DNA of 63,539 bases, filler included, from Octopus bimaculoides (taxonomy: Eukaryota): assembly GCF_001194135.2 (NCBI RefSeq). It is 8 parts of 7 records of this genome, joined end to end, with 100 filler letters (N's around TTAATTAATTAA, not from the genome) between each part and the next. Parts side by side here need not be neighbours in the genome. Positions count along the whole stretch, not along the records: positions 16,659 to 29,498 come from NC_068991.1; positions 29,599 to 32,312 come from NC_069006.1; positions 32,413 to 37,907 come from NC_068990.1; 5 more parts are not named here. One strand, 5' to 3'. Shown here piece after piece: positions 25,531 through 37,907 of this stretch. Each line of letters begins with the position of its first letter. Positions within the stretch are counted from its first letter, which is position 1. The position numbers and the translations under genes are program-made. Below the pieces are notes generated by a model. That model ran no database searches, was not told where the DNA came from, and worked only from the letters and a program-made list of their open reading frames with translations.

Positions 25531-25875
25531 ACTTCACATTTTGATACATGAATATATATACACGCATTCTATATCGGACTTACTTTAGTATATATCTAGA
25601 ACAGAATTTTGAAGAAAATATATAAACAAACAACAAACAAATTTTACCTCCATAAAACACCTATATACTAATCAAATTGCTTATAGAACAATGAACACCT
25701 AGAGAGAAATATATAGACAAACAACCTTTACCAAAATACTTTTATGAACATCAAGCACAAGAGAAACAGTGTTCTATACTAACAAATCCACGACACGTCT
25801 GATTAATAACTCCACCCTGACACATGAAAACAAGAACTAAATAACAAGTAAAAAAATAACCAGCCAAAAACTTAC

Positions 25876-26029
25876 CGCCTGCCTACATTCTTTAGTGCAA
25901 AAAGTCGACACACCCAGTTACTAAGGGCTTAAATACTGGACTTTGCACCTTTGACATTTATATTGTCAAAGCAAAGGGATTAAACCCAATAATACCCAAA
26001 AATAGCAAAAATACTGTCACACACAGTGT
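25876..26029 (-). other. Candidate non-coding exon
   Basis: Strong acceptor tttctctttatttttcggtag| and donor GCG|GTAAGT. All three frames contain stops. Confidence 0.25.
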
Positions 26030-26374
26030 CTACCGAAAAATAAAGAGAAACACCAGAGTTGTGTACAAAGTTCTACATACATGAATAAATTCTAAACAAT
26101 AAGATAATCCCGGATTTAATCAATATACATTTTTCCAAAATACCTATCCATAACAATCAACCCTAAAAACCTAATTACCATTCCACTCAAACCTACACAT
26201 CCTAGGAAGGTATTAGATCAATAGAGACTATATAAGGGCAAAATCAACTCTAATGAATCGCAGGCCGACTTCTAAGTCACTGTCACAGTATTCTTGTTTA
26301 AGAATAATATCTGTCTGTCTGTTTATCTACCTATCTATCGATCGATCTATCTGTCCGTCTATCTGCTTGCCTGC

Positions 26375-26434
<60 letters not shown>

Positions 26435-26444
26435 NNNNNNNNNN

Positions 26445-26490
<46 letters not shown>

Positions 26491-26493
26491 ACT

Positions 26494-26540
<47 letters not shown>

Positions 26541-26597
26541 CATAGAATATATATATTTACTTACATATAAATATGTATGCATGTATGAATATATGTG

Positions 26598-26631
<34 letters not shown>

Positions 26632-26783
26632 TACAGGTAGGTAGGTAGGTAGGTAGGTAGGTAACTCTTTACGCTATTCCAAAGTTTACTCTATTGACTC
26701 ATTAACTATAACCTGGTCTATCTTGTATTTCAGCAATTTCAAATTAGTATTGCATCTATAATGACGACAAATATTTTGCCATC

Positions 26784-27044
26784 CCAGTTTGACAGGACAT
26801 GTCTCATCGTCGCTTTCTCTCCGCATTTACATTCATCAGCCGTTTGCATGTTCCATCGGACTAAGTTGACCGGTGACGGCAAAATGTCAAAGGTGGACTT
26901 GATCAGGAAGGATGTTCTTGCTTGTTCCCAAGCCCAAAGTTATTTCCATGTGATTTTGCGACTGACCACATATTCCTCCCATCGTAAGCACTGTCCCTGT
27001 TGACTACACTGCACCATATGTACATTTCGTCTTTCTCTTTCCTC
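26784..27044 (-). mobile_element. HERO-like (R2-group) non-LTR fragment
   Basis: EERERRNVHMVQCSQQGQCLRWEEYVVSRKITWK*LWAWEQARTSFLIKSTFDILPSPVNLVRW...ECKCGEKATMRHVLSN, the HERO-type region leading into the zinc knuckle; one stop. Confidence 0.75.
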
Positions 27045-27715
27045 TTTGAGACTATTCCGGCCCAAATTATTATAAATGGTATTATTTTAACCTTATATCC
27101 ATTCATCTGTTTAATTTCTTTTGCAAGTCTATTATACTTTTGTATTTTAGTCATTTCGACTTCATTCAGTTTTTTGTCGATGTTATTCCAATTTCAATTA
27201 TTATTGTTTCTTCCCTTTCGTGGGAAAATATTGTAATATCGAGTTTATTATTTCCCATATGGTTTGGTGTTATTACTGGTCTATCTACTAAAATCTTAAC
27301 CTTTTCAGTTGCTGTTACCATATCTATTTGCACGTTTCTGATTTTCTTTTTTTTTGTTATGATGTTATATTGCTGTAGTAGGTTCGCAAAGATTATCTGG
27401 GTTATCTCATCGTGTCTCACTTTATATTTCGTGTATGCTATTTTTCCACATTGTATTGCCATATGTTCGATATTTCTGTTGTGTTTTACAATATCTGCAT
27501 GCTTTTTTTCTTCTATAGCAGTTGTTTCTGTCTTGTAAATACTGTATAATATTTTTGTCTATCATTTAGTATTTGCTTTGTTTTATAAATTTCAATGAGT
27601 CTCTTTTTGCTCAAGAGTTTAAAGTATTCAACGTGTATTTCTTTGTGAAGTTTTTCCATAATTATTTTTTCTCCTTCGTATTTTTTTGTATTCATTGACA
27701 TTATTGATATTATTT
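27045..27715 (-). mobile_element. REL-endonuclease non-LTR fragment (IEIGIT type)
   Basis: HMAIQCGK..YKVRHDEI..KILVDRPV..NNKLDITIF..IIIEIGITS..KIQKYNRLAKEI..VKIIPFIIIWAGIV: zinc knuckle remnant, RHD/RHN motif and PD-(D/E)xK endonuclease. Confidence 0.8.
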
Positions 27716-27756
27716 TTTATGCATTCTTTTTTTTTATTTCCATAATATCGTAACCC

Positions 27757-27828
<72 letters not shown>

Positions 27829-28676
27829 TAATGATAATTTNNNNNNNNNNNNNNNNNNNNNNNNNNNNNNNNNNNNNNNNNNNNNNNNNNNNNNNNNNNN
27901 NNNNNNNNNNNNNNNNNNNNNNNNNNNNNNNNNNNNNNNNNNNNNNNNNNNNNNNNNNNNNNNNNNNNNNNNNNNNNNNNNNNNNNNNNNNNNNNNNNNN
28001 NNNNNNNNNNNNNNNNNNNNNNNNNNNNNNNNNNNNNNNNNNNNNNNNNNNNNNNNNNNNNNNNNNNNNNNNNNNNNNNNNNNNNNNNNNNNNNNNNNNN
28101 NNNNNNNNNNNNNNNNNNNNNNNNNNNNNNNNNNNNNNNNNNNNNNNNNNNNNNNNNNNNNNNNNNNNNNNNNNNNNNNNNNNNNNNNNNNNNNNNNNNN
28201 NNNNNNNNNNNNNNNNNNNNNNNNNNNNNNNNNNNNNNNNNNNNNNNNNNNNNNNNNNNNNNNNNNNNNNNNNNNNNNNNNNNNNNNNNNNNNNNNNNNN
28301 NNNNNNNNNNNNNNNNNNNNNNNNNNNNNNNNNNNNNNNNNNNNNNNNNNNNNNNNNNNNNNNNNNNNNNNNNNNNNNNNNNNNNNNNNNNNNNNNNNNN
28401 NNNNNNNNNNNNNNNNNNNNNNNNNNNNNNNNGAGAGAGAGAGAGAGAGAGAGAGAGAAAGATAGGGAGAGAGAGAGGGAGAGAGAGAGAGAGAGAGGGA
28501 GAGAGAGAGATACATATATATTTATATATGTTATGGATGTGTATGTATTATAAGAATATATATGTGTTTGTGTGTATGTGTGTGTATGTATAAGTATATA
28601 TATAGTTCATAGATGAGACCCAAATATTCTGCCTATAACATACACTTAGTGCTTAAGAGATTTAAACTTGTGAGTG

Positions 28677-29171
28677 TATAGAGGTAAATGTGGGGATAAA
28701 GGAATAAGACAGATCAATATATAGAATATATTAAATACATGAAATACAAAGAAATGTATATATGTATACATATAAAAAGGCCCAACTTACATAGTGTACA
28801 AATGATATAGAGAATTAAACGGATGGAGGAAAAGTATTACAAATCCAACAGCTGTTTCTTGGGGATTGGTGATCCATAATAATGTTTGTAGATTGATTTC
28901 ATCTTAGAATGAGACGAGTCTCTGTCTTCAAGGAAGAGATCTTACATTTGAGATGTTAAAGGAGAGAATGAATCCATCTACAAACATTATTATGGACCAC
29001 CGAACCACCAGATACAGCTGTTGGATTTGTAATATTTTTCTCCCACCCCTTTAATTCTTTATATCATTTGTACTCTGTATAAGTTGGACCTTTTGATATG
29101 TGTACATGAATTTAATATACTCTATTTGTATTAGTATGTCTAATTCGCTTATCCCTACATTTACCTCTATA
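28677..29171. mobile_element. Fold-back element with about 205-225-bp imperfect inverted arms
   Basis: Arms about 28677-28903 and 28966-29171. They contain the GAAACAGCTGT motif typical of PLE terminal hammerhead remnants. Confidence 0.8.
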
Positions 29172-29790
29172 AGTATATACATGTGTGTGTGTGTTACATT
29201 ACACTAAAACGGTTCGTTTCAGGTGGTGAATTCCTTCGCTTGGCACATTTTAATCGTGATGTGATATAATACACGTATCGCACCTCTTGACGCACGCACA
29301 CAAAACACATAAATTCGCACACATACATACACACGCACACTACACACAAACATACACTCAATTATGTGTATGTATATATTCATACAACACATACCACACA
29401 CACACTCTCAGATGACTACAATTATAGATATATATGTAGGTACCGCGATATCCTTTGTGTTCTGTTTTCAATTTACGTTTAATATATATATATATATANN
29501 NNNNNNNNNNNNNNNNNNNNNNNNNNNNNNNNNNNNNNNNNNTTAATTAATTAANNNNNNNNNNNNNNNNNNNNNNNNNNNNNNNNNNNNNNNNNNNNTA
29601 TATATATATATATATATGTACGTACGTATGTACGTTTGTATATATGCATGTACGTATGCATGTATGTATATATGCATGTACGTATGTATGTATGTATGCA
29701 TGTATGTATATATGTATCTACGTATGTATGTATGCATGTATGTATGTATGTATTTACGTATGTATGTATGCATGTATATATGTATGCATG

Positions 29791-29855
<65 letters not shown>

Positions 29856-29856
29856 C

Positions 29857-29904
<48 letters not shown>

Positions 29905-30322
29905 CGGACCAACCTCCATATCCTCTGGAAGAAGACGAGCTGTGCACTTTATTCTCTTGTCTATATTCTATCTACTGTTTTACTCTTTGTTCCTCTATCT
30001 GCTATCTAAATCTGTATAAACTGCGAATTTCCCCGTCTAGATCTTTCATGCTCGCCTCGTCTCTGATGACAGCATAGCCAGTCTAGAAGAGAGTAGGCCC
30101 GAAACGTCGAAGACTCTTCCATTTTACCTGGGTGATAAACTAATACACCTTCTTTGTTGTTCTCTTCCCTGTCTCTGTCTTCTGATTATCTATATTGTAA
30201 ACGACCGTGCGAAGGAGAGGTGACGAGAATGGCCCCTTTAGTACATCGCACGGTCGATACAATAAATATGAAAAAGGATAAATGAGTATAAGTGCCAGAG
30301 GGAAAAGAGTAAATGTGCCGGA

Positions 30323-30508
30323 AGGCGCAGGAGTGGCTGTGTGGTAAGTAACTTTCTTACCAACCACATATTCATGGGTTCAGTCCCACTGCGTGGCACC
30401 TTGGGCAAGTGTCTTCTACTATAGCTTCGGGCCGACCAAAGCCTTGTGAGTGGATTTGGTAGACGGAAACTGAAAGAAGCCCGTCGTATATATATATATA
30501 TGTGTGTT

Positions 30509-30571
<63 letters not shown>

Positions 30572-30709
30572 AGCATCGCTTGACAACCGATGCTGGTGCG
30601 CTTACGTCCCCGTAACTTAGCGGTTCGGCAAAAGAGTCCGATAGAATAAGTACTAGGTTTACACAGAATAAGCTCGATTTGCTCGACTAAAGGCGTTGCT
30701 CAAGCATGG
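30323..30709 (+). mobile_element. SINE family A, near full length, with internal (TG)n
   Basis: A box TGGCTGTGTGG and B box GGTTCAGTCCC; six other copies in the window. Confidence 0.9.
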
Positions 30710-30772
30710 AGCGCATAATATAGTATACAACGCTACATGGAAGTGTATGTTGTTGTATATATATTAACATGG

Positions 30773-30844
30773 GAATATATACATGAGAAGGTATTGAATA
30801 TATACATGAGAAGGTATTGAATATATACATGAGAAGGTACTGAA
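30773..30844. repeat. 23-bp minisatellite x3 (GAATATATACATGAGAAGGTATT)
   Basis: Direct tandem copies. Confidence 0.9.
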
Positions 30845-31346
30845 AAGAAAGTAAACGAAAAAAAGAAAATAAAGAAAAAAAATATATATATATATAATAA
30901 AAACGGAGAAAAAAGACCAGACAAAATGCAACAACGTGAGGACGTGGTACATGCAAAGTATTAAGAAAACGCTCAGAGAAGGAGAGAAAGGGTGTTTTAG
31001 AGTATTTGGAAAAGTATTTCTAAAATGTGATCAATTACATTCCCACCTTCGATCGAGTACTTTAATAGATTTCAAATGAATTAAGTGCAAATGCTATTTA
31101 ATCTCTGGTATTCGTTGGCTAAATGTAAACATGCATCTCGCACACTGCGATTGGGTAATTTAAACCCTCCAACGGAGTGAAATATATTTAACTGCTTCCG
31201 GAAATTATTTCCGCCTCGCTGACGATTGCATATTCGCACGAAACCTAACATCACACTATAAAAGAAACATTTATGCTTCTACCAGAATTTTCTATGTGTA
31301 TGTGGGGGTGCGGTTTGTGTGTGTGTGTGTGTGTCTGTCTGTCTGT

Positions 31347-31393
<47 letters not shown>

Positions 31394-31929
31394 TGTCTGT
31401 CTGTCTGTCTGTTCGTGTGAGCATGCATTTGTATGCTAGATTCAAAACCTGAACATTACTGTCTTAGACTGACCCATGTCAATGAAAAGCCCATATCAAA
31501 TTTCAACACAATGGCTGGAGAATACCTAACCTATATACAATGCTAATATGGTAATGGATGCTGCCCCTCTTCCAAATTTGGCCCCTACTTCTACTAAGTG
31601 ACTCCTGTGGCACTCGCTTACTGCTTCCACCCTTTTGTAACTTGTCTGCCCTTGTTCTTTATTCTGCTTGAACATTCCCATCTTCTCCTCCCACCTTCCC
31701 CACACAATGTCAATTCCTTAAGTGCTCTGCTTTTTATATCCAGAAATGGCTCTGACGAAAGTAGCATTAATTTTCTCAGGTCGTTCAATTTGCCTCACTT
31801 GATCAATAGACCAACTGAGTAAACTTATCAGTAGTGTACCTATAATTACTACTGGAAACAACTGTCAGCCACATTTGCTCCCCAAAAGGAATTATATGTA
31901 ATGATCATTAATTTTAACTCATATATATT

Positions 31930-32312
31930 TCTTTATTGCCCACAGGGGGGGGGGGCTAAACCTAGAGGGGGAAAACAAGGACAGACAAAGGAATTACGTC
32001 GATTACATCGACCCCAGTGCGTAACTGGTACTTATTTAATCGGTCCCTAAAGGATGAAAGTCAAAGCTGACCTCGGCGGAATTTGAACCCAGAACGTAAC
32101 AGCAGACGAAATACCGCTAAGCATTTCGCCCGGCATGCAAACGATTCTTACTTCTTTACTGCCCACAAGGGGCTACACAGAGAGGGGACAGACAAACGGA
32201 TTAAGTCGATTATATCGACCTCAGTGCGTAACTGGTACTTATTTAATCGGTCCCTAAAGGATGAAAGTCAAAGCTGACCTCGGCGGAATTTGAACCCAGA
32301 ACGTAACAGCAG
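31930..32312 (-). mobile_element. Tandemly duplicated SINE family D copies
   Basis: Two copies share an identical ~90-bp block with private variants. Confidence 0.8.
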
Positions 32313-33214
32313 NNNNNNNNNNNNNNNNNNNNNNNNNNNNNNNNNNNNNNNNNNNNTTAATTAATTAANNNNNNNNNNNNNNNNNNNNNNNNNNNNNNNN
32401 NNNNNNNNNNNNTATATATATATATATATATATATATATGGAGGGAGATAATGTTAAAGAAAGGGGAAGTTGTTAAATAATACAGATAATAACATATGAT
32501 GTATTTTAGCTGTAATTTCATTCTGGCATTAATTGTGCAAATTGCAAATTGAAGCCAGATATTTGGAAGGAAAAAGGAAATAGAACAGTTTTGGTCTATT
32601 CTTGCTACTCCGATAACTATGGCACGATTTGGATTTTTTCCAGTGCTAAGATATCAATGTACTCATGGCGTTTCTTTTGTTAATATAATGTTTGTGTGTA
32701 TATTCTGTACTGTTGTAATTATTTAAGTCTTGATGTGAGAGTTAGGGGGAGGGAGAGAGAATGGAGGAAAAAAAAGAAGGGAAAAATGAGGTCTAACGTT
32801 TCAAGTTTTGAATACAAACAAAATAGTCCGTCTAAACTAGTAGGAAATCGGAAAATAGTAGATAGCTTTGATTCCTTGTTGAGCTATATTGTGTGAATTT
32901 CGTTCCATACGTAATATTTAAATGCGTTTACACACATAAATGCAGAAACATCTCCACACATTCAAACGCACACGTGTGTGTGTTTCTGTGTGTGTGTGTA
33001 AGTATGTGCATGCGTTTCTCTAATGTAGATAGCTACAGGCGAAAGTTCCAACCGTACTCAACGCCGAAAGAAGAGAGTTGTTTACGGTTATTGCAGCTGG
33101 CACCTTGCATCTAGCTATTTGAATGTTACGTTCTACGTTATAGGACAGGATGATTTGAATATTTAGATGCATTTGATATCTAGACGGTTGCAATAACAAT
33201 TACATATCAATCAT

Positions 33215-33420
33215 ATATCATCTTCATTTAATGTCCGGTGTCCATGACGGCATGGATTGCACCGTTTGACCAGAGCTGGCAAGCTGGGGAGCGGCACGAA
33301 ACTCCAGTCTGATTTGGCATGGTCTGTAGAACTGGATGCCCTTCCTAACGCCAACCACTTTACAGAGTGTGCTGGTTGCTTTTACGTGGCACCGCACGGG
33401 CACTTTTACGTGGGTCTCGA
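33215..33420 (-). mobile_element. SINE/short element sharing the RTE-type 3' tail
   Basis: CTGGATGCCCTTCCTAACGCCAACCAC motif and CATCAT-TTTAATGTCC tail. Related copies at 38226-38400, 39165-39380, 46010-47060 and 57880-58177. Confidence 0.7.
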
Positions 33421-35228
33421 AGCAGTCGAAGTCACAAATAATAACGCAAATGGTGAGGTAAGATCTTTTGGGATGGAAAAAGTCAAAGGCTGCCCGTGGG
33501 ATACGAACCCACATCTTTTGTACACATCATCTGCTTTCTAACGCTGGACGGAAGAAATTCTTGAGATGTGTGAGATTTTATTTAAGAAATTTTGGAAACT
33601 CTATTTAGAAACGTAGCCTTACCAATCACAAATGTAGACTATTGATGTCATATAAATTTTGAAACATTGAGAGAATGTGAGATCATTATCTTTGGAAAAG
33701 TGGATCTCGAAGCAGATAAAGCTATAAATATTAGTGCGTAAATATCACATCTGAATAGAAAATGCTAGGGCCGGTAATCTTTCAAATTTCGGTATCTATT
33801 TTAGAAAGTTTATTCTTATCAGTGAGAATTGCGTGCAGTTGATTTAATATTTACGTGCTATTGCTTATAAATTTATATGCTTCGAGATCCACTCTTCCAA
33901 ATGAGAATCATTTCATGCTCTCTCGAAGTTAGTAAACTCTCATGATGCCAACAACATACAACTGTCACTGGTAAGAATATAGTTCTTCAACTGAATATAA
34001 AAATTCGAAACGTGTCTCTGGCCCAATAGTAGAATCTCTGTCATCTTTTCAGGTATGGGTTCTTGTCCCACGAGTAGCCTTCGGCTTTTTCTAACAGAAG
34101 GGTCATAACGCAATTTTTATGCGCTTTTATTTATAGCTTTATGTGCTTCGAGATCCACTGTTCTGTAAAGAATTATTTCACAGACCCTCGTTTATAAATT
34201 CATATGTATATTCGTGCGTGTGTTTGTGTGTATAAGTAAATTATTGCACCCTCAATTGTTGCAGGAGCATATATTTATATCTGTTTGTATATATATGTGT
34301 GTGTGTGTGTGTGTGTCGTCAGTTGAGTCGCTGGAAAATGTATAATTGTGAAAGTATAATACGCACTGAAAACATAAAAAACACATGCGCACTTAGTTCC
34401 ATCTTAATTACATCAAGAATTCAGATCGAATGCCCTCTCTCCGTGTATACATTCTTATACACTATTATATATAAAAATATTTGTCTTCTGACTTCTATTA
34501 TGCATACTAACCACTAGTATAACTTATTAATTTAATAATTTTAACTCCCTATATATATATATATATNNNNNNNNNNNNNNNNNNNNNNNNNNNNNNNNNN
34601 NNNNNNNNNNNNNNNNNNNNNNATATATATAATATAAACACACACACACACACACAAACATACATACATACGCACATACACACACATACATATATGCAAC
34701 TAATTACAGGGTTGAGTATACTATAATTTCCTTAATACCGTACAAAATGTTACACTAAATGTTATTTCTCCACCAATTGGTTGTAAAAATTATAAAGAAA
34801 AACGTGCTGAATAGTTACGGAAAGAAGAAAGAGACATCGTTGCTGCTTCCTGGAAGGTCATTCTTCTACTCAAGTGGTGGTACATTCTCACCCTATAATT
34901 TAGAATCATTTCTAACATAAGCATAAAAGCTGAAATTTGGGGGATGGTGAATGTTCCAACGATACCAGTACTCCATTTTATTGCACTCTGAAATGTGAGA
35001 GGCAAAGTTGAAATTAAAATAGACTGTAATTAAGTTGAAATATTATTTTCGAACACCTGGGTTCTTCTATCTTTTCTCTTTTCCTCGTGCCTTTTGCCTA
35101 CTTTTAGTAACAATGGTAGGTTCTAAACGGTCGATAAGTTTATGATTTTGTATTGAATAAAGCTCCCTCAATGTGACTTATTAATATGTATTTTGTATTT
35201 ACTTCTGTTTATCTCTCTTCTCTCTAAG

Positions 35229-35396
35229 AACCCATTACATTTCCTCAACGACGCCAACGAGAGTTAATTCGAAGAATGTAAAAGCCAAGAAACGAAATTT
35301 GAAACACCATATATTAACGAAAGACCATGACAATACCAAGAAGTGTCTGAAAGTAGAAAAAGAAATAACGTGTCGGATCCTCATTGATATTTTAAG
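35229..35396 (+). CDS. Candidate internal coding exon (168 bp, phase 2-2), unknown basic protein
   Basis: Strong acceptor tatctctcttctctctaag| and donor AAG|GTATGA. One open frame: THYISSTTPTRVNSKNVKAKKRNLKHHILTKDHDNTKKCLKVEKEITCRILIDIL. No recognisable homology. Confidence 0.5.
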
Positions 35397-36186
35397 GTAT
35401 GATAATTTTCATTGATATTTTTGAAAGGCTACCTTTGCAATGTCTTCTTATTCAGAAAGAAAATAGTCTTGGATTTAGGGTGGTGATTTCGCATATTCAC
35501 AAATATTATTTTTTGCGATATACAGTACTTGTGTTAAACTATTCGTGTAAGTATTAATTATAAAATTAAATATAAGCGCTTTGAGAAATAGCATTAATTA
35601 ATAGTTTCACCAAGTAGGAATTTATCATTATCAACGTATATCGTTTTGTTACACACTCACCTATGCGTGTAAGCGTATGCATATATTTCTCTGTGTAAGT
35701 ATATATATATATATATATATNNNNNNNNNNNNNNNNNNNNNNNNNNNNNNNNNNNNNNNNNNNNNNNNNNNNNNNNNNNNNNNNNNNNNNNNNNNNNNNN
35801 NNNNNNNNNNNNNNNNNNNNNNNNNNNNNNNNNNNNNNNNNNNNNNNNNNNNNNNNNNNNNNNNNNNNNNNNNNNNNNNNNNNNNNNNNNNNNNNNNNNN
35901 NNNNNNNNNNNNNNNNNNNNNNNNNNNNNNNNNNNNNNNNNNNNNNNNNNNNNNNNNNNNNNNNNNNNNNNNNNNNNNNNNNNNNNNNNNNNNNNNNNNN
36001 NNNNNNNNNNNNNNNNNNNNNNNNNNNNNNNNNNNNNNNTTGATGTGAAATCATGTGTTGATACAGATATTGTTGTATTTGGGGATGGTCATGCTGCCAG
36101 TTTAGCCAATAAAAACACACGCACTGTATATTTGGTGTTAATTTGCTTCAGCTTTATATTACATTACATTACATTAATCATATTTC

Positions 36187-36231
36187 GGCCAGAGTTCTTT
36201 CGTCACACTTCTGTGACCTCATCAGTGGTCC
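36187..36231 (-). ncRNA. Hammerhead ribozyme-like motif
   Basis: GGACCA-CTGATGA-G-GTCACA(GAAG)TGTGAC-GAAA-G(AA)C-TC-TGGCC: canonical core, perfect 6-bp helix II, bulged helix I, one extra G. Confidence 0.5.
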
Positions 36232-36489
36232 TTTGCTTCTTTCTTATATGTGTGCCCCACCTTGCTAACGATCAGCCATTTGGTATTTTGTGTTCCTATT
36301 GTATGTGTCTACATCTGCGCATGCGTATCCCTCTGTGTGTCTATGTTTGTCTATGTTTTGTAAGTGCGTGTGTGTGTATGGGGAGTGCCTGTACTATCTG
36401 TATCCTCTGTTAATACATGTTCGTTTATTTTGTTTTCTATTTATTTGTTTATGTGTTTATACTGACATCATTTTTTTTGACGCCTCATT

Positions 36490-37907
36490 CTTGGGTCATT
36501 GAATGCCTGCAAATGTGTGCTGTTGCTGACAACATCACAAATTGTCTGATGCAGAGCATGAAAACCAAATCGTACTCAATTAATGTATTCCTTGGAGAAG
36601 TTAATATTAAAAGATGAATCTTCCAAGGTGACACGTTTTCTCCGTTACTTTTTGTAATTGCACTCATACCCACAGCAATGACACTTAGTAAAGTTAAGAT
36701 GGGTTCCCTATGTCGGAAGAAAGGCTCATCATTGAAACAGCTTCTGTTTATGGATGACCTGAAATTGTGTGGGAAATCTAAAAATAGATAGATTCCTTAA
36801 CCGAAATAGTCCAGAATTATGGTTGGAACATCAGAATGGAATTTGTGATTATCAAAAGCTCAGTACTGAATACGAAAAGAGGAAAGACCATGCGTGAACC
36901 CGACGATAGTGGGTATAGGTATTTAGGATTTTGGACCTGGATAACATTTTCCACAGAGAAATGAAAGTCAAGATCAGCGAGGTGTATCAAAAAAAAGGTG
37001 AAAATGATGTTGAAATCAAATCTGAATGCCAAACATTTGATTACCGCAATGAATATCTGGGCAGTTGCAGTGGTCAAATATAGTGCGTCCATCCTCAAAT
37101 GGACTAAGAAGGAAATATCAACAGTGGATAGAAGAACGAGACCAGTTGATGACGCAGCGTAGGGCGCTATATCCTAAAGCAAACGCAAAAAGACTGTATA
37201 TTTAAAAAATGAGTGGTGGCAGAGGACCAATTAGTATAGACCATTGTATAAAGAGTGAAAGGAAAACGCTTGCCGAATATTTGATAAATAGTGATGAAGA
37301 CCTGCTGCAATTTACTGCGAAAGATATGGGTGTAAATGCAGATGAAATGATGGGCAAGGAAGAGTTTAACCAAAGAGCGGAATAGAAGAGAAAAGAAGAC
37401 CTTCTTGAAACGAGAATGCATGAACAGTTTGACAGGAATACACAAGAAGTTAAGGATAATACAGCATCGTGAGCATGGCTTAAGCGAGGTGATTTGAAGC
37501 ATTCCACCGAAAGCCTGATCATTGATGCACAAGACCAGGCTCACGCTACCAATTTTGTGAAGTATAACATGTATAAAACTTCTAACACCCAGAAATGCAG
37601 ACTCTGTGGAAAGTGTGTGGAAAATGTGCCCCACTTGGTAAGTGGATGTGAGAGCCTTGCACAAAAAGAATGCAAGCGTCGCCAGGATAACATGTGTGTA
37701 TCTTCATTGGCTCTTATGCCGTAAATGCTAATATGAAGTAACAGAGAACTGGTATGAGCATGTACCAAGTAAAGTTATGCAGGAGGATGGAAAAGTAAAG
37801 ACACTCTGGGACTATGATTTTCAGACGGATCGTGGAATCGAACACCGTCGGCCGGATATTGTCATATTGAATAAGAGAGACAAATACCGTCAGATCATTG
37901 ATGTAGC
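36490..37907 (+). mobile_element. R4/Dong-like REL LINE (RT, zinc knuckle, endonuclease), decayed
   Basis: LGEVNIKR*IFQGDTFSPLLF, LLFMDDLKL, GYRYLGF, SNLNAKHLITAMNIWAV, WLKRGDLK..ESLIIDAQDQA, CRLCGKCVENVPHLVSGC, LWDYDFQTDRGIEHRRPDIVI. Confidence 0.92.

Noticed and set aside
35107-35114. 8-nt microexon upstream of the 168-bp exon
   Set aside because: Joining in the open frame creates a stop (TG+A).
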